From Candidatus Tayloriibacteriota bacterium (GTDB lineage Bacteria > Patescibacteriota > Minisyncoccia > Phycocordibacterales > SIBU01): 64,000 nt of DNA. The translations under genes were made by a program, and so were the position numbers. Within the stretch, counting starts at the first letter, position 1; each line of letters starts with the position of its first letter. The stretch spans positions 77 through 64,076 of the forward strand of contig SIBU01000001.1 in NCBI GenBank assembly GCA_009695005.1, in the 5' to 3' direction. The notes below the pieces were generated by a model. It was not told where the DNA came from. It made no database searches and saw only the letters and a program-made list of their open reading frames with translations. Positions 22,654-31,876 of the stretch are shown piece after piece.

Positions 22654-25122
22654 ATGCTTACCAGTCGACAAGTTGAATATCTTTCTAAGGTTAAACAAGT
22701 TAATCCATCTCTTAACGAAAGTTCGGCAAGAACGATGCTTGTTGGGATAGGTTGGATGCCTCAGGATGTCGAGGAGGGAGTAGTATTTCTTAAGCCTTCA
22801 CCTGTTTATAATGGGCAGAAAATTCCTTTGACAAATGTGGCTGAACAAAGTCAAATTCCAATCTCTAACCAAACAGTTTTACCTCAAACAGTTGAGCCGA
22901 CACCTCTTGAGTCAACTGTTTTAAATTCTGCAAATATTTCTCCCGTTCAATCTGTTACAATCTCGCCCGGGCCTAGTTCGGTCACTCAAGGTGATGCCCT
23001 TAAAAAGGGTAACCATCATTTTTTGATATTTTCTGTTGTAGGTTTATTGGTTTTCTTGATGGTTGGAATTTCCGCTTACGCTTATTTTTTTGCTCTAGGA
23101 CCCTTTTCTAAACCACCATACGATGAGAGTAATTTGCTTTCCGGTATTTTTGGAAGTTTTGACCGTATTAATTCAACTTCCTACAAACTTAGTTTGAGTG
23201 CTATGGTTTCTCCTCGTGACGAGGACGCTAGGCCTTTTAAACTTACACTTCCGGATGGCCAAGACCAAAGTCTTTTATTCGGAAGAGATCAGGATCGTTT
23301 CAGGGATTTTGATCAAATAATGCTAGGTCTTCAAAATTATATAAGTAAGAATAAAAAGTACCCTGCTAATCTTGCAATACTTTCAGTTAACAGTAACGAT
23401 CCTTTGGGAGGTCAATATGGTTATGTTGTTATTTCGGGAGGTAAGAGTTTTGCTTTAACCATTGCTTTTGAAACCGAGGAGGCGGCTAATGCTATTAAAA
23501 AAAGTTCAAGTGAAATGTTTTCTGCTGGCAAAACTGTGACCTTCACTGAAAAAAATATATCTTCAAATTATTATTTTACTGGTAAGCCTCAACAGCCAGT
23601 GTTTTTAGAAATTTTTGGCAGCGTAGATGAATATGCAAATTATATTCCACTTAGCCTAGACAGCAGTCTTTCATTTTTAGGAACAGTTGAACGCTCATCG
23701 GCAAATGCTGACGGACATTTTCAAATAATTGGTCAAGCTGCATTTGAGGATTCAAAGTTTATTTTTGATACTGAACTTTCAAAAATTGGGGATAATTTAT
23801 TTGCCAGAGTTAACAAGGTTCCATCAGTTTTTTCAAGTTTTGTTGATTTTTCAAAAATTATAGGTTTATGGATAAAGATGACACCTCAGGATATTGCCAA
23901 TTCAGATTATTCCCCTTTTTCGAAACTTACTGCTGATGGTGCGACTGAGGAGATTTACAATAATGCCAAAATTTTGGCTTCCGAACAGATTAAACTTTTT
24001 GTGGAGATCGCCAATGATGAAAAGGCCCTTGTTATTAATGGCTTACCTGTTAAGGAAAAGTTGGATGGTGTGTCGGTTTATAAATACGATTTGAAGCTTG
24101 AAAGAACGCGTATTGTTAATTTCTATAAGCGTTTAGTGCGTGATTTTGAGAATCGTTTTGGAGGGAGGTCCTTTGTTGTTTCAAGTCCCGAAATTTTGGC
24201 GTATTTAGACAGTCCTGCCTTTACTCAGATTTTTGACTATTTAAATCAAAATAATTTTTTAACACTTTGGGCTGATGAGAAGGGTTTTCCTGTTAAATTT
24301 GTCTATACGATGCGCTTTGTGCCTAAGGATGAAGTTTCCAGAATGAAGGAAAAACAAGTTTCGTTATCTTTTGGAGTTAAATTGTCGGATATTAATAAGC
24401 CGATCATTCTTTCTGAACCTACCAACACAATGTCGTTTGCCGATGCCACTACTGCTTTGACTGGGATGAGCAAGGAGGATTATTTGGCAAAAAAAGAGGA
24501 GACAGCGGTTAAGAAAATCAGAGAGGCTTTGAATGTTTATAAAATTCTTTTTAATAGATATCCGGTTTCACTTTCGGAACTTACTACGATTAACGTTATT
24601 CCAAATAAAGCAGAAACTAAAGAAAATAAAATTTCTACTCCAGTTGTCGAAGAGTATGTTGGTGATAAGGCCTATTACGAAAAAATTTACAATAATACTC
24701 AGATTCTTAAAACTGTGCCACTTGACGCATATACCAATTCACCTTTTGCTTATTCAAAATCTGGTAATGGTTATAAATTGGCTTATACTTTGACCCATTC
24801 GGCTTATAAGCAAGGTTCAAGTCTTTCTCCGTTGTTTGATATAGATTATTCAAATCCAAAACAGCAAAAAATTATACTGCGCTATGTTGAGGGTTTAAAC
24901 ACAGCCAATGAACTGAATTTATCAGTGGAAGTGTTAGATCGGTCAAAGATTGATACTGACGTGGACGGAGTTCCTGATTTTTTTGAGGATTATATTGGTA
25001 CAAACAAATTTAAGAAGGATACGGATGGAGATGGATATAGTGATAGTCAGGAAATATTAAGCGACAGTAATCCTTCTGGGGCCGGTCGTCTCGAGAAAAA
25101 GTCGTCCAATTTTAATTTTTAA
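22654..25122 (+). CDS. Single-pass envelope protein with pilin/T2SS-G-like segments and C-terminal TSP3-type Ca-binding repeats
   Basis: 822 aa. Shared N-terminal module; TM (FLIFSVVGLLVFLMVGISAYAYFF). LQNYISKNKKYPANL...DPLGGQYGY and ALNVYKILFNRYPVSLSEL fit a pilin-like pattern. C-terminus has DTDVDGVPD...DTDGDGYSDSQE. Confidence 0.6.
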   Translation: MLTSRQVEYLSKVKQVNPSLNESSARTMLVGIGWMPQDVEEGVVFLKPSPVYNGQKIPLTNVAEQSQIPISNQTVLPQTVEPTPLESTVLNSANISPVQSVTISPGPSSVTQGDALKKGNHHFLIFSVVGLLVFLMVGISAYAYFFALGPFSKPPYDESNLLSGIFGSFDRINSTSYKLSLSAMVSPRDEDARPFKLTLPDGQDQSLLFGRDQDRFRDFDQIMLGLQNYISKNKKYPANLAILSVNSNDPLGGQYGYVVISGGKSFALTIAFETEEAANAIKKSSSEMFSAGKTVTFTEKNISSNYYFTGKPQQPVFLEIFGSVDEYANYIPLSLDSSLSFLGTVERSSANADGHFQIIGQAAFEDSKFIFDTELSKIGDNLFARVNKVPSVFSSFVDFSKIIGLWIKMTPQDIANSDYSPFSKLTADGATEEIYNNAKILASEQIKLFVEIANDEKALVINGLPVKEKLDGVSVYKYDLKLERTRIVNFYKRLVRDFENRFGGRSFVVSSPEILAYLDSPAFTQIFDYLNQNNFLTLWADEKGFPVKFVYTMRFVPKDEVSRMKEKQVSLSFGVKLSDINKPIILSEPTNTMSFADATTALTGMSKEDYLAKKEETAVKKIREALNVYKILFNRYPVSLSELTTINVIPNKAETKENKISTPVVEEYVGDKAYYEKIYNNTQILKTVPLDAYTNSPFAYSKSGNGYKLAYTLTHSAYKQGSSLSPLFDIDYSNPKQQKIILRYVEGLNTANELNLSVEVLDRSKIDTDVDGVPDFFEDYIGTNKFKKDTDGDGYSDSQEILSDSNPSGAGRLEKKSSNFNF

Positions 25123-25144
25123 TTTAATTAATATATAAATATCT

Positions 25145-27085
25145 ATGTTTGAACTTATAATTATTATTGTCGGTATTATCGCCTTTTTAAATCTGAGTGG
25201 TAGGATTAGTAATCTTGAGTTAAAGGCTAGAAAAGAGTCATCAGTTGGTAAAAAAACACAGGAGAGTGAGGTTCGTTTGGAACATCAAAGTCGCGCGGAA
25301 ACTTCAGCTACAAGTCACGTGTCTGTTTTGTCGGATAGGATTATGGATGGGGGAGCGTCCTCTGTTAACGCCTCGTCGACGCAGGATTCAAATAAGTCAC
25401 AGGATTTTTCTGCTACAAGAGCAATTTCTAGTGAAGAAGAAGGTGGTCGTTGGCTTGGGAAAATCGGTATTGTCTTGTTGCTTTTAGGTGTTTCATTTTT
25501 CCTAAAATACGCCTTTGATAATAATATAATCGGTGTTGTTGGACGTGTTATTCTCGGTTTAATTTCTGGTGTTGCGTTGTTGGCGCTCGGACAATTTCTT
25601 CGTGCGAAATATTTACGTTACTCAGATATTTTAATGGGGGGCGGCATTGGTGTTCTTTATATGACTATTTATGCTTCCTTCGCATTTTATAATCTTATCA
25701 GTCAGCCGGTTGCGTTTGTATTCCTATTTTTGGTTACTGCACTTTCGGTTACAATTAGTATTGTTGATAATGCTTTTACTTTGGCTGCTGTTGGAATTTT
25801 TGGCGGTTTTATTACTCCTTATCTTGTTTCTGCGGGTATGAATTCCGAAGTCGCATTGTTTACGTACATTTTGATTCTTGATGTTGGCGTTTTGGTAATT
25901 TCGTTTCGTGAGAAATGGCAGAAGCTTAACTATATGGCTTTCGCTGGAACAGCTCTTTTGTTTTTGAGCTGGGGAGCGCAATATTATTCTGATGAACATT
26001 TATTTATTACTTTTTTCTTCCTGACAGCGTTTTTCTTGATTTTTCTCGTTGCGACCGTGATGCATCATTTACTTAGAGGCGAAGTTACTAGAGGGCCTGA
26101 TTTGGCTCTGGTGACAATTAATGCTTTCTCATATTTTGGTATGAGCTACGGTATGCTTGAAGTCAGGTTCCACGCCTTTATGGGATTTTTTGCAGTGGCG
26201 ATGGCGTTACTTTATTTCCTGTTGGCGTTTTTATCTGTAAAATCATCAGATAATGATAAGCATCTAAATTTGTATCTTTCTGGTATAGCCATTTTGTTTT
26301 TGACCTTGGCTATTCCAATTCAGCTTTCTGGTACGTGGATAACTCTTGCATGGCTTATTGAGGCGGTGATTATTGCCGGTTTTTCTACTGCGGTGCCCAA
26401 GGCAAAATTTCACGCTTACGGACCAATTGTTTATGTTGTTGGAATGCTCAGGTTGTTTTCTACCGAAATTTTTTCTGGCTATGATTATTCGCGTTTGCCA
26501 TTTTTTAATCAGACCTTTTTCCTGTTTGTAGTAGCCATATTGGCGGCATATGTTTTGGGCTTTTTCTATGACCAGGCGGAGGAAAAAGAAATTATTATCT
26601 TTAAGCCGAAAATTTTGGCTACCGTATTTTTGGTTTTTGCCAACTTGATTACGGTTTTTAGTTTGACTACAGAGGTTTCTAGAATTTACGAAAGAAAGAT
26701 TCAAGATGTATACGCCATCCAAGCAACAGAAAATGTACAGCAAATAAATTATGGAAGTGAAAATTTAGCTCAATCTTTCAATCCTTATTCAGCTAACAGT
26801 AAAATTGTTAGTTTGCAAAACCAAAAGAATACGGCTATTTCGATTCTTTGGACCTTGTATGCGGTTATTTTGACAGTTGCAGGATTTGCCTTAAGGAGCA
26901 AAGCCTTTAGAAGCTTTGGCTTAACTTTCTTTTTTGTTACCGCTTTCAAAATTTTTGTTGATGTTTGGAATCTCGGAGAACTTTATCGCATCATTTCTTC
27001 AATTACTTTCGGCATCGTTGCTCTTGTTGGGTCCTTCGTATACGCCAAATATAAAGATAGAATTAAGCAAATAATTACCGAATAA
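25145..27085 (+). CDS. Polytopic membrane protein, DUF2339-like
   Basis: 646 aa. N-terminal TM, a charged Ser-rich linker, then many hydrophobic helices through to the C-terminus. Adjacency to a DUF3999-like gene matches the known DUF2339/DUF3999 pairing. Called from memory. Confidence 0.5.
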   Translation: MFELIIIIVGIIAFLNLSGRISNLELKARKESSVGKKTQESEVRLEHQSRAETSATSHVSVLSDRIMDGGASSVNASSTQDSNKSQDFSATRAISSEEEGGRWLGKIGIVLLLLGVSFFLKYAFDNNIIGVVGRVILGLISGVALLALGQFLRAKYLRYSDILMGGGIGVLYMTIYASFAFYNLISQPVAFVFLFLVTALSVTISIVDNAFTLAAVGIFGGFITPYLVSAGMNSEVALFTYILILDVGVLVISFREKWQKLNYMAFAGTALLFLSWGAQYYSDEHLFITFFFLTAFFLIFLVATVMHHLLRGEVTRGPDLALVTINAFSYFGMSYGMLEVRFHAFMGFFAVAMALLYFLLAFLSVKSSDNDKHLNLYLSGIAILFLTLAIPIQLSGTWITLAWLIEAVIIAGFSTAVPKAKFHAYGPIVYVVGMLRLFSTEIFSGYDYSRLPFFNQTFFLFVVAILAAYVLGFFYDQAEEKEIIIFKPKILATVFLVFANLITVFSLTTEVSRIYERKIQDVYAIQATENVQQINYGSENLAQSFNPYSANSKIVSLQNQKNTAISILWTLYAVILTVAGFALRSKAFRSFGLTFFFVTAFKIFVDVWNLGELYRIISSITFGIVALVGSFVYAKYKDRIKQIITE

Positions 27086-27089
27086 GCTA

Positions 27090-28367
27090 ATGAATAAAAA
27101 AATAATTACCTCAGCCAGCATCCTTGGGATTTTCGCTTTTGCTACTTATGCTTTTGCCGATTTTAAGCCAACTGATTGGCAGTTCAAAAAGGCTGTTGCT
27201 GTACCTTCGGTTTCAGTTGCAGGGTATGTTCAAGCCACTTTGGATAAGGATATTTACGCCAAATCGAATCTCGAAGATCTTCGGGTTGTTGATGCTCTCG
27301 GTTTGGAAGTGCCGTATCAGTTGGTTGTGAAAAATTCTTCAGGCAATGATCAGTACTATTCTTCCAACTTGCTTGATCTTTCCACTTCGGGTGGTAAAAC
27401 TTCTTTTACTTTGGATCTTGGTAGCAGAGGCATCATTCATGATCGAATCAGTATCGGGTTTTCCTCAGAGAATTTTCGTAGGCAAGTGTCTGTTTTTGCT
27501 TCAGATAAAAATGGTAACTGGCAACTATTGACCGATAAGGGTTACGTTTATAATTTTACAGATAATCAAGCGAATTTTTCCGCAGGTAAAGGGGAAGTGA
27601 ATTATCCAAAAAGTACTGCCCGTTACATTCATGTGGTAATCGGAAATGGAGAAGGGAACGAGGTTTCGGTTTCTAGTGCACAGGTGTATCGCTATGACGT
27701 TCGACAAGCGGTTGAAGAAGGAGTGACAGTTTCTGTATCTGCCGTTTTGAATTCGGTGGAAAAAAGTACTGAGCTGACCGCAGATTTGGGATCTCCTATA
27801 CCAACTCATTCGCTAACTTTAACCTCATCGGATTCAAATTTTAACAGAAGGGTGGTGATTCAAGCCAGTCAAGATAAAAAGACTTGGAGATTAACAGGTC
27901 AAGGTTATATTTTTAAGGTGAACACTTCATTGTTTTCCGGCTCAGAGTTAACCATTAATTATCCCGAGACTTCATCTAGGTATGTTAGGGTAATTGTTTT
28001 TAATCAGGATAATCAGCCGTTAGCTTTTGGTCAGACTGCTTTATTAAAAAGCGTTGCACGAAACATTATTTGGGAGGCAAAGCCGGGTATTCTTTATAGT
28101 ATTTATTACGGTAATTCCTATGCCCAAGCTCCTCACTATGATTTGGATAGAATTTTTCAGTACATTGAAAGTGAAAATATATCTCAAGTTTCACTTTCTG
28201 GAGAAAAAACTATGTTGAATGATGCTTACGTTGCGCCTGCTGGTCGGGTAGTTCCATTTACCGAAAAATACCCTTATGTTTTGAATATCGTTCTTGTGGT
28301 GTTGGTAGTAATTATTTTAATTTTCCTTTTCTTTTACGCACGAAAAGCGTATGGAGTAAAAAAGTAA
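27090..28367 (+). CDS. Secreted, C-terminally anchored protein, DUF3999-like
   Basis: Signal peptide (ILGIFAFATYAFA). Two internal repeats (ARYIHVVIGNGEGNEV and SRYVRVIVFNQDNQPL). C-terminal TM (VLNIVLVVLVVIILIFLFFY). Starts 4 nt after the upstream gene. Confidence 0.5.
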   Translation: MNKKIITSASILGIFAFATYAFADFKPTDWQFKKAVAVPSVSVAGYVQATLDKDIYAKSNLEDLRVVDALGLEVPYQLVVKNSSGNDQYYSSNLLDLSTSGGKTSFTLDLGSRGIIHDRISIGFSSENFRRQVSVFASDKNGNWQLLTDKGYVYNFTDNQANFSAGKGEVNYPKSTARYIHVVIGNGEGNEVSVSSAQVYRYDVRQAVEEGVTVSVSAVLNSVEKSTELTADLGSPIPTHSLTLTSSDSNFNRRVVIQASQDKKTWRLTGQGYIFKVNTSLFSGSELTINYPETSSRYVRVIVFNQDNQPLAFGQTALLKSVARNIIWEAKPGILYSIYYGNSYAQAPHYDLDRIFQYIESENISQVSLSGEKTMLNDAYVAPAGRVVPFTEKYPYVLNIVLVVLVVIILIFLFFYARKAYGVKK

Positions 28368-28382
28368 AAAACTATAAATAAA

Positions 28383-28410
28383 ATACCAATCTTCAGTGAA
28401 GATTGGTATA
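28383..28410 (-). terminator. Terminator hairpin serving the minus-strand 118-aa gene (possibly bidirectional)
   Basis: Perfect 12-bp stem ataccaatcttc / gaagattggtat with an agtg loop. The T-run is on the minus-strand side. Confidence 0.7.
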
Positions 28411-28419
28411 AGATCAAAA

Positions 28420-28776
28420 TTATAGTTGTGCCTGATGAGAATTGATCTGGACACATTTTGTAATATCGATTGTGAAGAGATTGGCAGTTTCTCCACCGCT
28501 TGATGCGATGGCTACAAATTTGGCCAGCTCTTCTGGATTAGTGATATTACAAATACTTAATCCAACCGGATTATTAGGGTCAAATATATTATTTCTTTTC
28601 AGGATGATTACTATTCTCTTTGAAAAGTGTTTTTGGTAAAGAACATTGAATTGATCCTTTTTTTCTGTAAGAAGCTCTCTTTGGTCAGCAGTAAGTTTAA
28701 GGATACAGATTAGGGGAGGTTTATTCCTTGGAATACAAGGTAAAAGAATGGCTGGGAGGATACGGTGTTTTTCCAT
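28420..28776 (-). CDS. Hypothetical protein
   Basis: 118-aa ORF with its own downstream terminator and no overlapping conserved gene. No motif recognised. Confidence 0.45.
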   Translation of the reverse strand: MEKHRILPAILLPCIPRNKPPLICILKLTADQRELLTEKKDQFNVLYQKHFSKRIVIILKRNNIFDPNNPVGLSICNITNPEELAKFVAIASSGGETANLFTIDITKCVQINSHQAQL

Positions 28777-28847
28777 GTTTCTCTAAGTACATTATGTATT
28801 TTGACGAATTAGTCAAGTTTCCAATTATCTAGAGTAATGGTTGGCTG

Positions 28848-28856
28848 TGTTATTAT
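28848..28856 (+). promoter_or_regulatory. Extended -10 (TGtTATTAT) 7 nt upstream of ATG 28864
   Basis: tgtTATTAT, then ttaaccc, then ATG. Confidence 0.4.
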
Positions 28857-28863
28857 TTAACCC

Positions 28864-30540
28864 ATGACTCAAAAAGAGGCTCTAGAAATTCTAAAAATGG
28901 GTAAGAATGCTTTTGTTACGGGCGCTGCCGGAAGTGGGAAAACTCATCTATTAAATGAATACATAAAGTATCTGAGAGAAAATGGCGCTCATTCTGCCAT
29001 AGGTATCACTGCGTCGACTGGTGTTGCCGCAACTCATATGGGAGGTATGACTATTCACGCTTGGTCTGGTTTAGGTATTCGAGACAGATTGACTGATGGG
29101 GATTTAGAGGATATGGAGGAGAGGCAATATTTGTGGAAACGCTTTGAAAAGGCGGGTGTATTGATTATTGATGAAATCTCAATGCTCCATCATTTTCGTC
29201 TGGATTTGGTTGAGCAAATTGTGCGCTCATTTAAAAGAAATGGAAAACCTTTCGGTGGTTTGCAGATAATTTTGGTTGGGGATTTTTTTCAGTTGCCGCC
29301 AGTTTCGAGATCCGGTGAAGAGCCGGCTCGTTTTGCGTATCACTCTGAAATATGGGAAAGTTTAAATTTAAAAATTTGCTATCTTGAAGAACAGCATCGA
29401 CAGAGTGATAAGGATTTTTTGGAAGTGTTGAATGCAGTTAGGGACAATAAAGTTTCAGAAAAAATTCTAGAAAGACTAAAGGGAAGGTTTAACAAAAAAA
29501 CCGAAGGGACGGTTGAACCGACAAGATTATATTCTCACAATATGAATGTTGATGCCGAAAACGATCGTGAGTTAGGCAGAGTTTTGGGTGATATTTACGA
29601 ATACAAAATGACTGACAGCGGGATTCCCAATTTGGTACTTGCCCTTAAGAAAACTTGTCTGGCTCCGGAAGTTCTAAGATTAAAGGTTGGAGCAAGAGTG
29701 ATGTTTGTTAAAAATAATTTTGAAATGGGGTATGCCAATGGAACACTTGGCATGGTGGCAGAGTGTAATTCTGCCATTATTAGGGTAAAAACATACGGAG
29801 GAACGATTATCGACGTGCCACTTGGAAGTTGGAGGGTGGAAGAAGGAACGCGAGTTTTGGCGGAGATTAATCAGTATCCTTTAAGGCTTGCATGGGCCAT
29901 TACAGTACATAAAAGCCAGGGTATGAGTTTGGATGCTGCTGAGGTAGATCTTTCGCAGTCGTTTGAGAAAGGAATGGGGTATGTGGCACTTTCAAGAGTT
30001 AGGACGCTGGCGGGGTTGTCACTTAAGGGTTTAAACAACACGGCCTTACAGGTGCATCCGGAGGTTTTGGAATTCGACAGTCAATTTCGTGCTGACTCAG
30101 AAGAGGATTCCGAGGAGTTTAATCAGATGAGTAAAAAAGATATTCTTTTAGCTCAAAAATCCTTTTTAGAGCAATTGGTTCCGAATCAATCAAAAAACAG
30201 GAAAATTAAAATCGACACCTTCAAAGAGACTCGCAAGTTTGTCGAAGAGGAAAGATCGCTTGAGGAGATAGCTAAAATTAGGAAATTAAAAATTGAAACA
30301 ATTGTCAGTCACATTGAAAAACTTCTAGAAAAGGATGGGGGATTGGAAATAGGTTATTTAAAGAAGGAAATTTCCTCTGCGAAATTTAAGAAAATTGCTA
30401 CAGCTTTCGCCAAAGTTGCCACAAAAAGTGAAATTTCCGCTGAGGGTAGTTTGCCCTCACTTTCTCCAGTAAAATCAATCCTTGGAGCAAATTATTCGTT
30501 TCTTGAAATTAGAATTGCACGTCTTTTTGTTAACCGTTAG
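28864..30540 (+). CDS. Pif1/RecD-family (SF1B) DNA helicase with a C-terminal HTH-like extension
   Basis: GAAGSGKTHLL (Walker A), LIIDEISM (Walker B), GDFFQLPPV, ITVHKSQGMSLD, and a C-terminal helical KLKIETIVSHIEKLL region. Confidence 0.8.
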   Translation: MTQKEALEILKMGKNAFVTGAAGSGKTHLLNEYIKYLRENGAHSAIGITASTGVAATHMGGMTIHAWSGLGIRDRLTDGDLEDMEERQYLWKRFEKAGVLIIDEISMLHHFRLDLVEQIVRSFKRNGKPFGGLQIILVGDFFQLPPVSRSGEEPARFAYHSEIWESLNLKICYLEEQHRQSDKDFLEVLNAVRDNKVSEKILERLKGRFNKKTEGTVEPTRLYSHNMNVDAENDRELGRVLGDIYEYKMTDSGIPNLVLALKKTCLAPEVLRLKVGARVMFVKNNFEMGYANGTLGMVAECNSAIIRVKTYGGTIIDVPLGSWRVEEGTRVLAEINQYPLRLAWAITVHKSQGMSLDAAEVDLSQSFEKGMGYVALSRVRTLAGLSLKGLNNTALQVHPEVLEFDSQFRADSEEDSEEFNQMSKKDILLAQKSFLEQLVPNQSKNRKIKIDTFKETRKFVEEERSLEEIAKIRKLKIETIVSHIEKLLEKDGGLEIGYLKKEISSAKFKKIATAFAKVATKSEISAEGSLPSLSPVKSILGANYSFLEIRIARLFVNR

Positions 30541-30617
30541 TACTCGTGTAGTGAATTTTTGAAGCAACTGATATAATTTATGTGTCAGATATTATTTAAT
30601 AATTTGTTATAAGGATT

Positions 30618-31790
30618 ATGTCTATAAAAAAGATTTTGCTATCAGCTGGAACAGGAATTGTAACCTTCGGATTTTCATTTTTAGCTTTTGCTCAAGTACC
30701 TGTACCATCACCAACAACGATTGACACACCGCCTGTTTCTACAGCTATCACTGCTCCCACTCAGGCACAACCTGGGCAGCTTTCTCCTGTCCCTTATGGT
30801 CAGCCTGGTTTTGGGACGCAACCTCCACAAAATGGTCAACAGCGAATGCCTCAGCAAGGATTCCAGAATCAAAATGGTCAACCTATGCCACCAAGGGATG
30901 GTTTAAGACAAGAACAAAATAATGATAATCAAGGGCAGAATTTTCAAGGTCAAATGCAGCAAAAGTCAGGATATCGACCAGAGCAAGGAGGGGGTAATCA
31001 GGGGCAGAATTTTCAAGGTCAAATGCAGCAAAAGTCAGGATATCGACCAGAGCAAGGAGGGGGTAATCAGGGGCAGAATTTTCAGGGCCAAAGAGGACAA
31101 GCTCAGATGCAACCGAAATCCGGCTCAGATGGAAGTTATAAAAATGAGCAAAACGGAAGAAATAACACATCAGTAGGCAACGAGGGTTCTGATGATAATT
31201 GGTCTGCAGACGAGCAAAAAAGAGATGCTGATCATCAGGCACGTGAAGCTCAGATGGTAAAGAAACAGGCTGCCCAAATGGTAAAACAGCTTCAACAGCA
31301 AGTAACATCTTTTAATAAGCGGGTTGCAAAATTAAAAGCGGCAGGTATTTCTATGTCACAAGATTGTAGTAAAACCTTGACGACTTTTAGTGGTGCAATA
31401 ACAGAGCTGAATAATGTTAAAACTTCCGACGATTTGCAGAATATTCAAGATGATTTGCTATCAATGGATGACTTTAATCAGTGCCGTAATTATGTTGAAC
31501 ATTTGATAAGAGTTCCAAAAATGATGAAAGACATTTCTGCGGCAGTTACTAAGTTAAAGAAAAAGAAATACGATACCACCGAGTTAGAGAAAATTTTTTC
31601 AGATTTAAAGAGTCAGTTTGATAAAATTAAGTCTGGCAATTATACCAATGACGAACTTGACGCATTTTTTGATGAAGCCGATGATTTTGGTAACACGATG
31701 GGGCCGTTGATGGGGAAGCAAAATGATCAAGGTGCAGCTACTTTTGACAGTAGATTGTGGAGCACTGTAACTGGTTGGTTCGGATATTAG
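30618..31790 (+). CDS. Secreted Gln/Gly-rich repeat protein with a helical C-terminal domain
   Basis: Signal peptide (GIVTFGFSFLAFAQ). Q/G/P/N-rich region containing 23-aa tandem repeats. The C-terminal ~190 aa are charged and helical. Confidence 0.65.
   Translation: MSIKKILLSAGTGIVTFGFSFLAFAQVPVPSPTTIDTPPVSTAITAPTQAQPGQLSPVPYGQPGFGTQPPQNGQQRMPQQGFQNQNGQPMPPRDGLRQEQNNDNQGQNFQGQMQQKSGYRPEQGGGNQGQNFQGQMQQKSGYRPEQGGGNQGQNFQGQRGQAQMQPKSGSDGSYKNEQNGRNNTSVGNEGSDDNWSADEQKRDADHQAREAQMVKKQAAQMVKQLQQQVTSFNKRVAKLKAAGISMSQDCSKTLTTFSGAITELNNVKTSDDLQNIQDDLLSMDDFNQCRNYVEHLIRVPKMMKDISAAVTKLKKKKYDTTELEKIFSDLKSQFDKIKSGNYTNDELDAFFDEADDFGNTMGPLMGKQNDQGAATFDSRLWSTVTGWFGY
30927..31095 (+). repeat. 69-bp in-frame tandem repeat, about 2.4 copies
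   Basis: Units at 30927-30995 and 30996-31064 differ at one base. A partial third copy starts at 31065. They encode NQGQNFQGQMQQKSGYRPEQGGG. Confidence 0.95.
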
Positions 31791-31861
31791 CTTCTTAAGC
31801 TTTAAAAGAAAATTTATGACTTAAAACAATGATCCATATTTTGTGGGTCGTTGTTTTTTTA

Positions 31862-31870
31862 TGCTAATAT
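31862..31870 (+). promoter_or_regulatory. Extended -10 (TGcTAATAT) 6 nt upstream of ATG 31877
   Basis: tgcTAATAT, then aattat, then ATG. Confidence 0.4.
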
Positions 31871-31876
31871 AATTAT

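Noticed and set aside
30927-31095. Possible CRISPR array
   Set aside because: The units are directly adjacent with no spacers. They are 69 bp long, in frame within a coding sequence, and no cas genes are nearby.
30883-31308. 141-aa minus-strand ORF and 84-aa plus-strand ORF (30922-31176) overlapping the 69-bp repeats
   Set aside because: These are shadow frames kept open by the repetitive, stop-poor repeat sequence. The +1 frame from 30618, with a signal peptide and a coherent C-terminal domain, explains the region.
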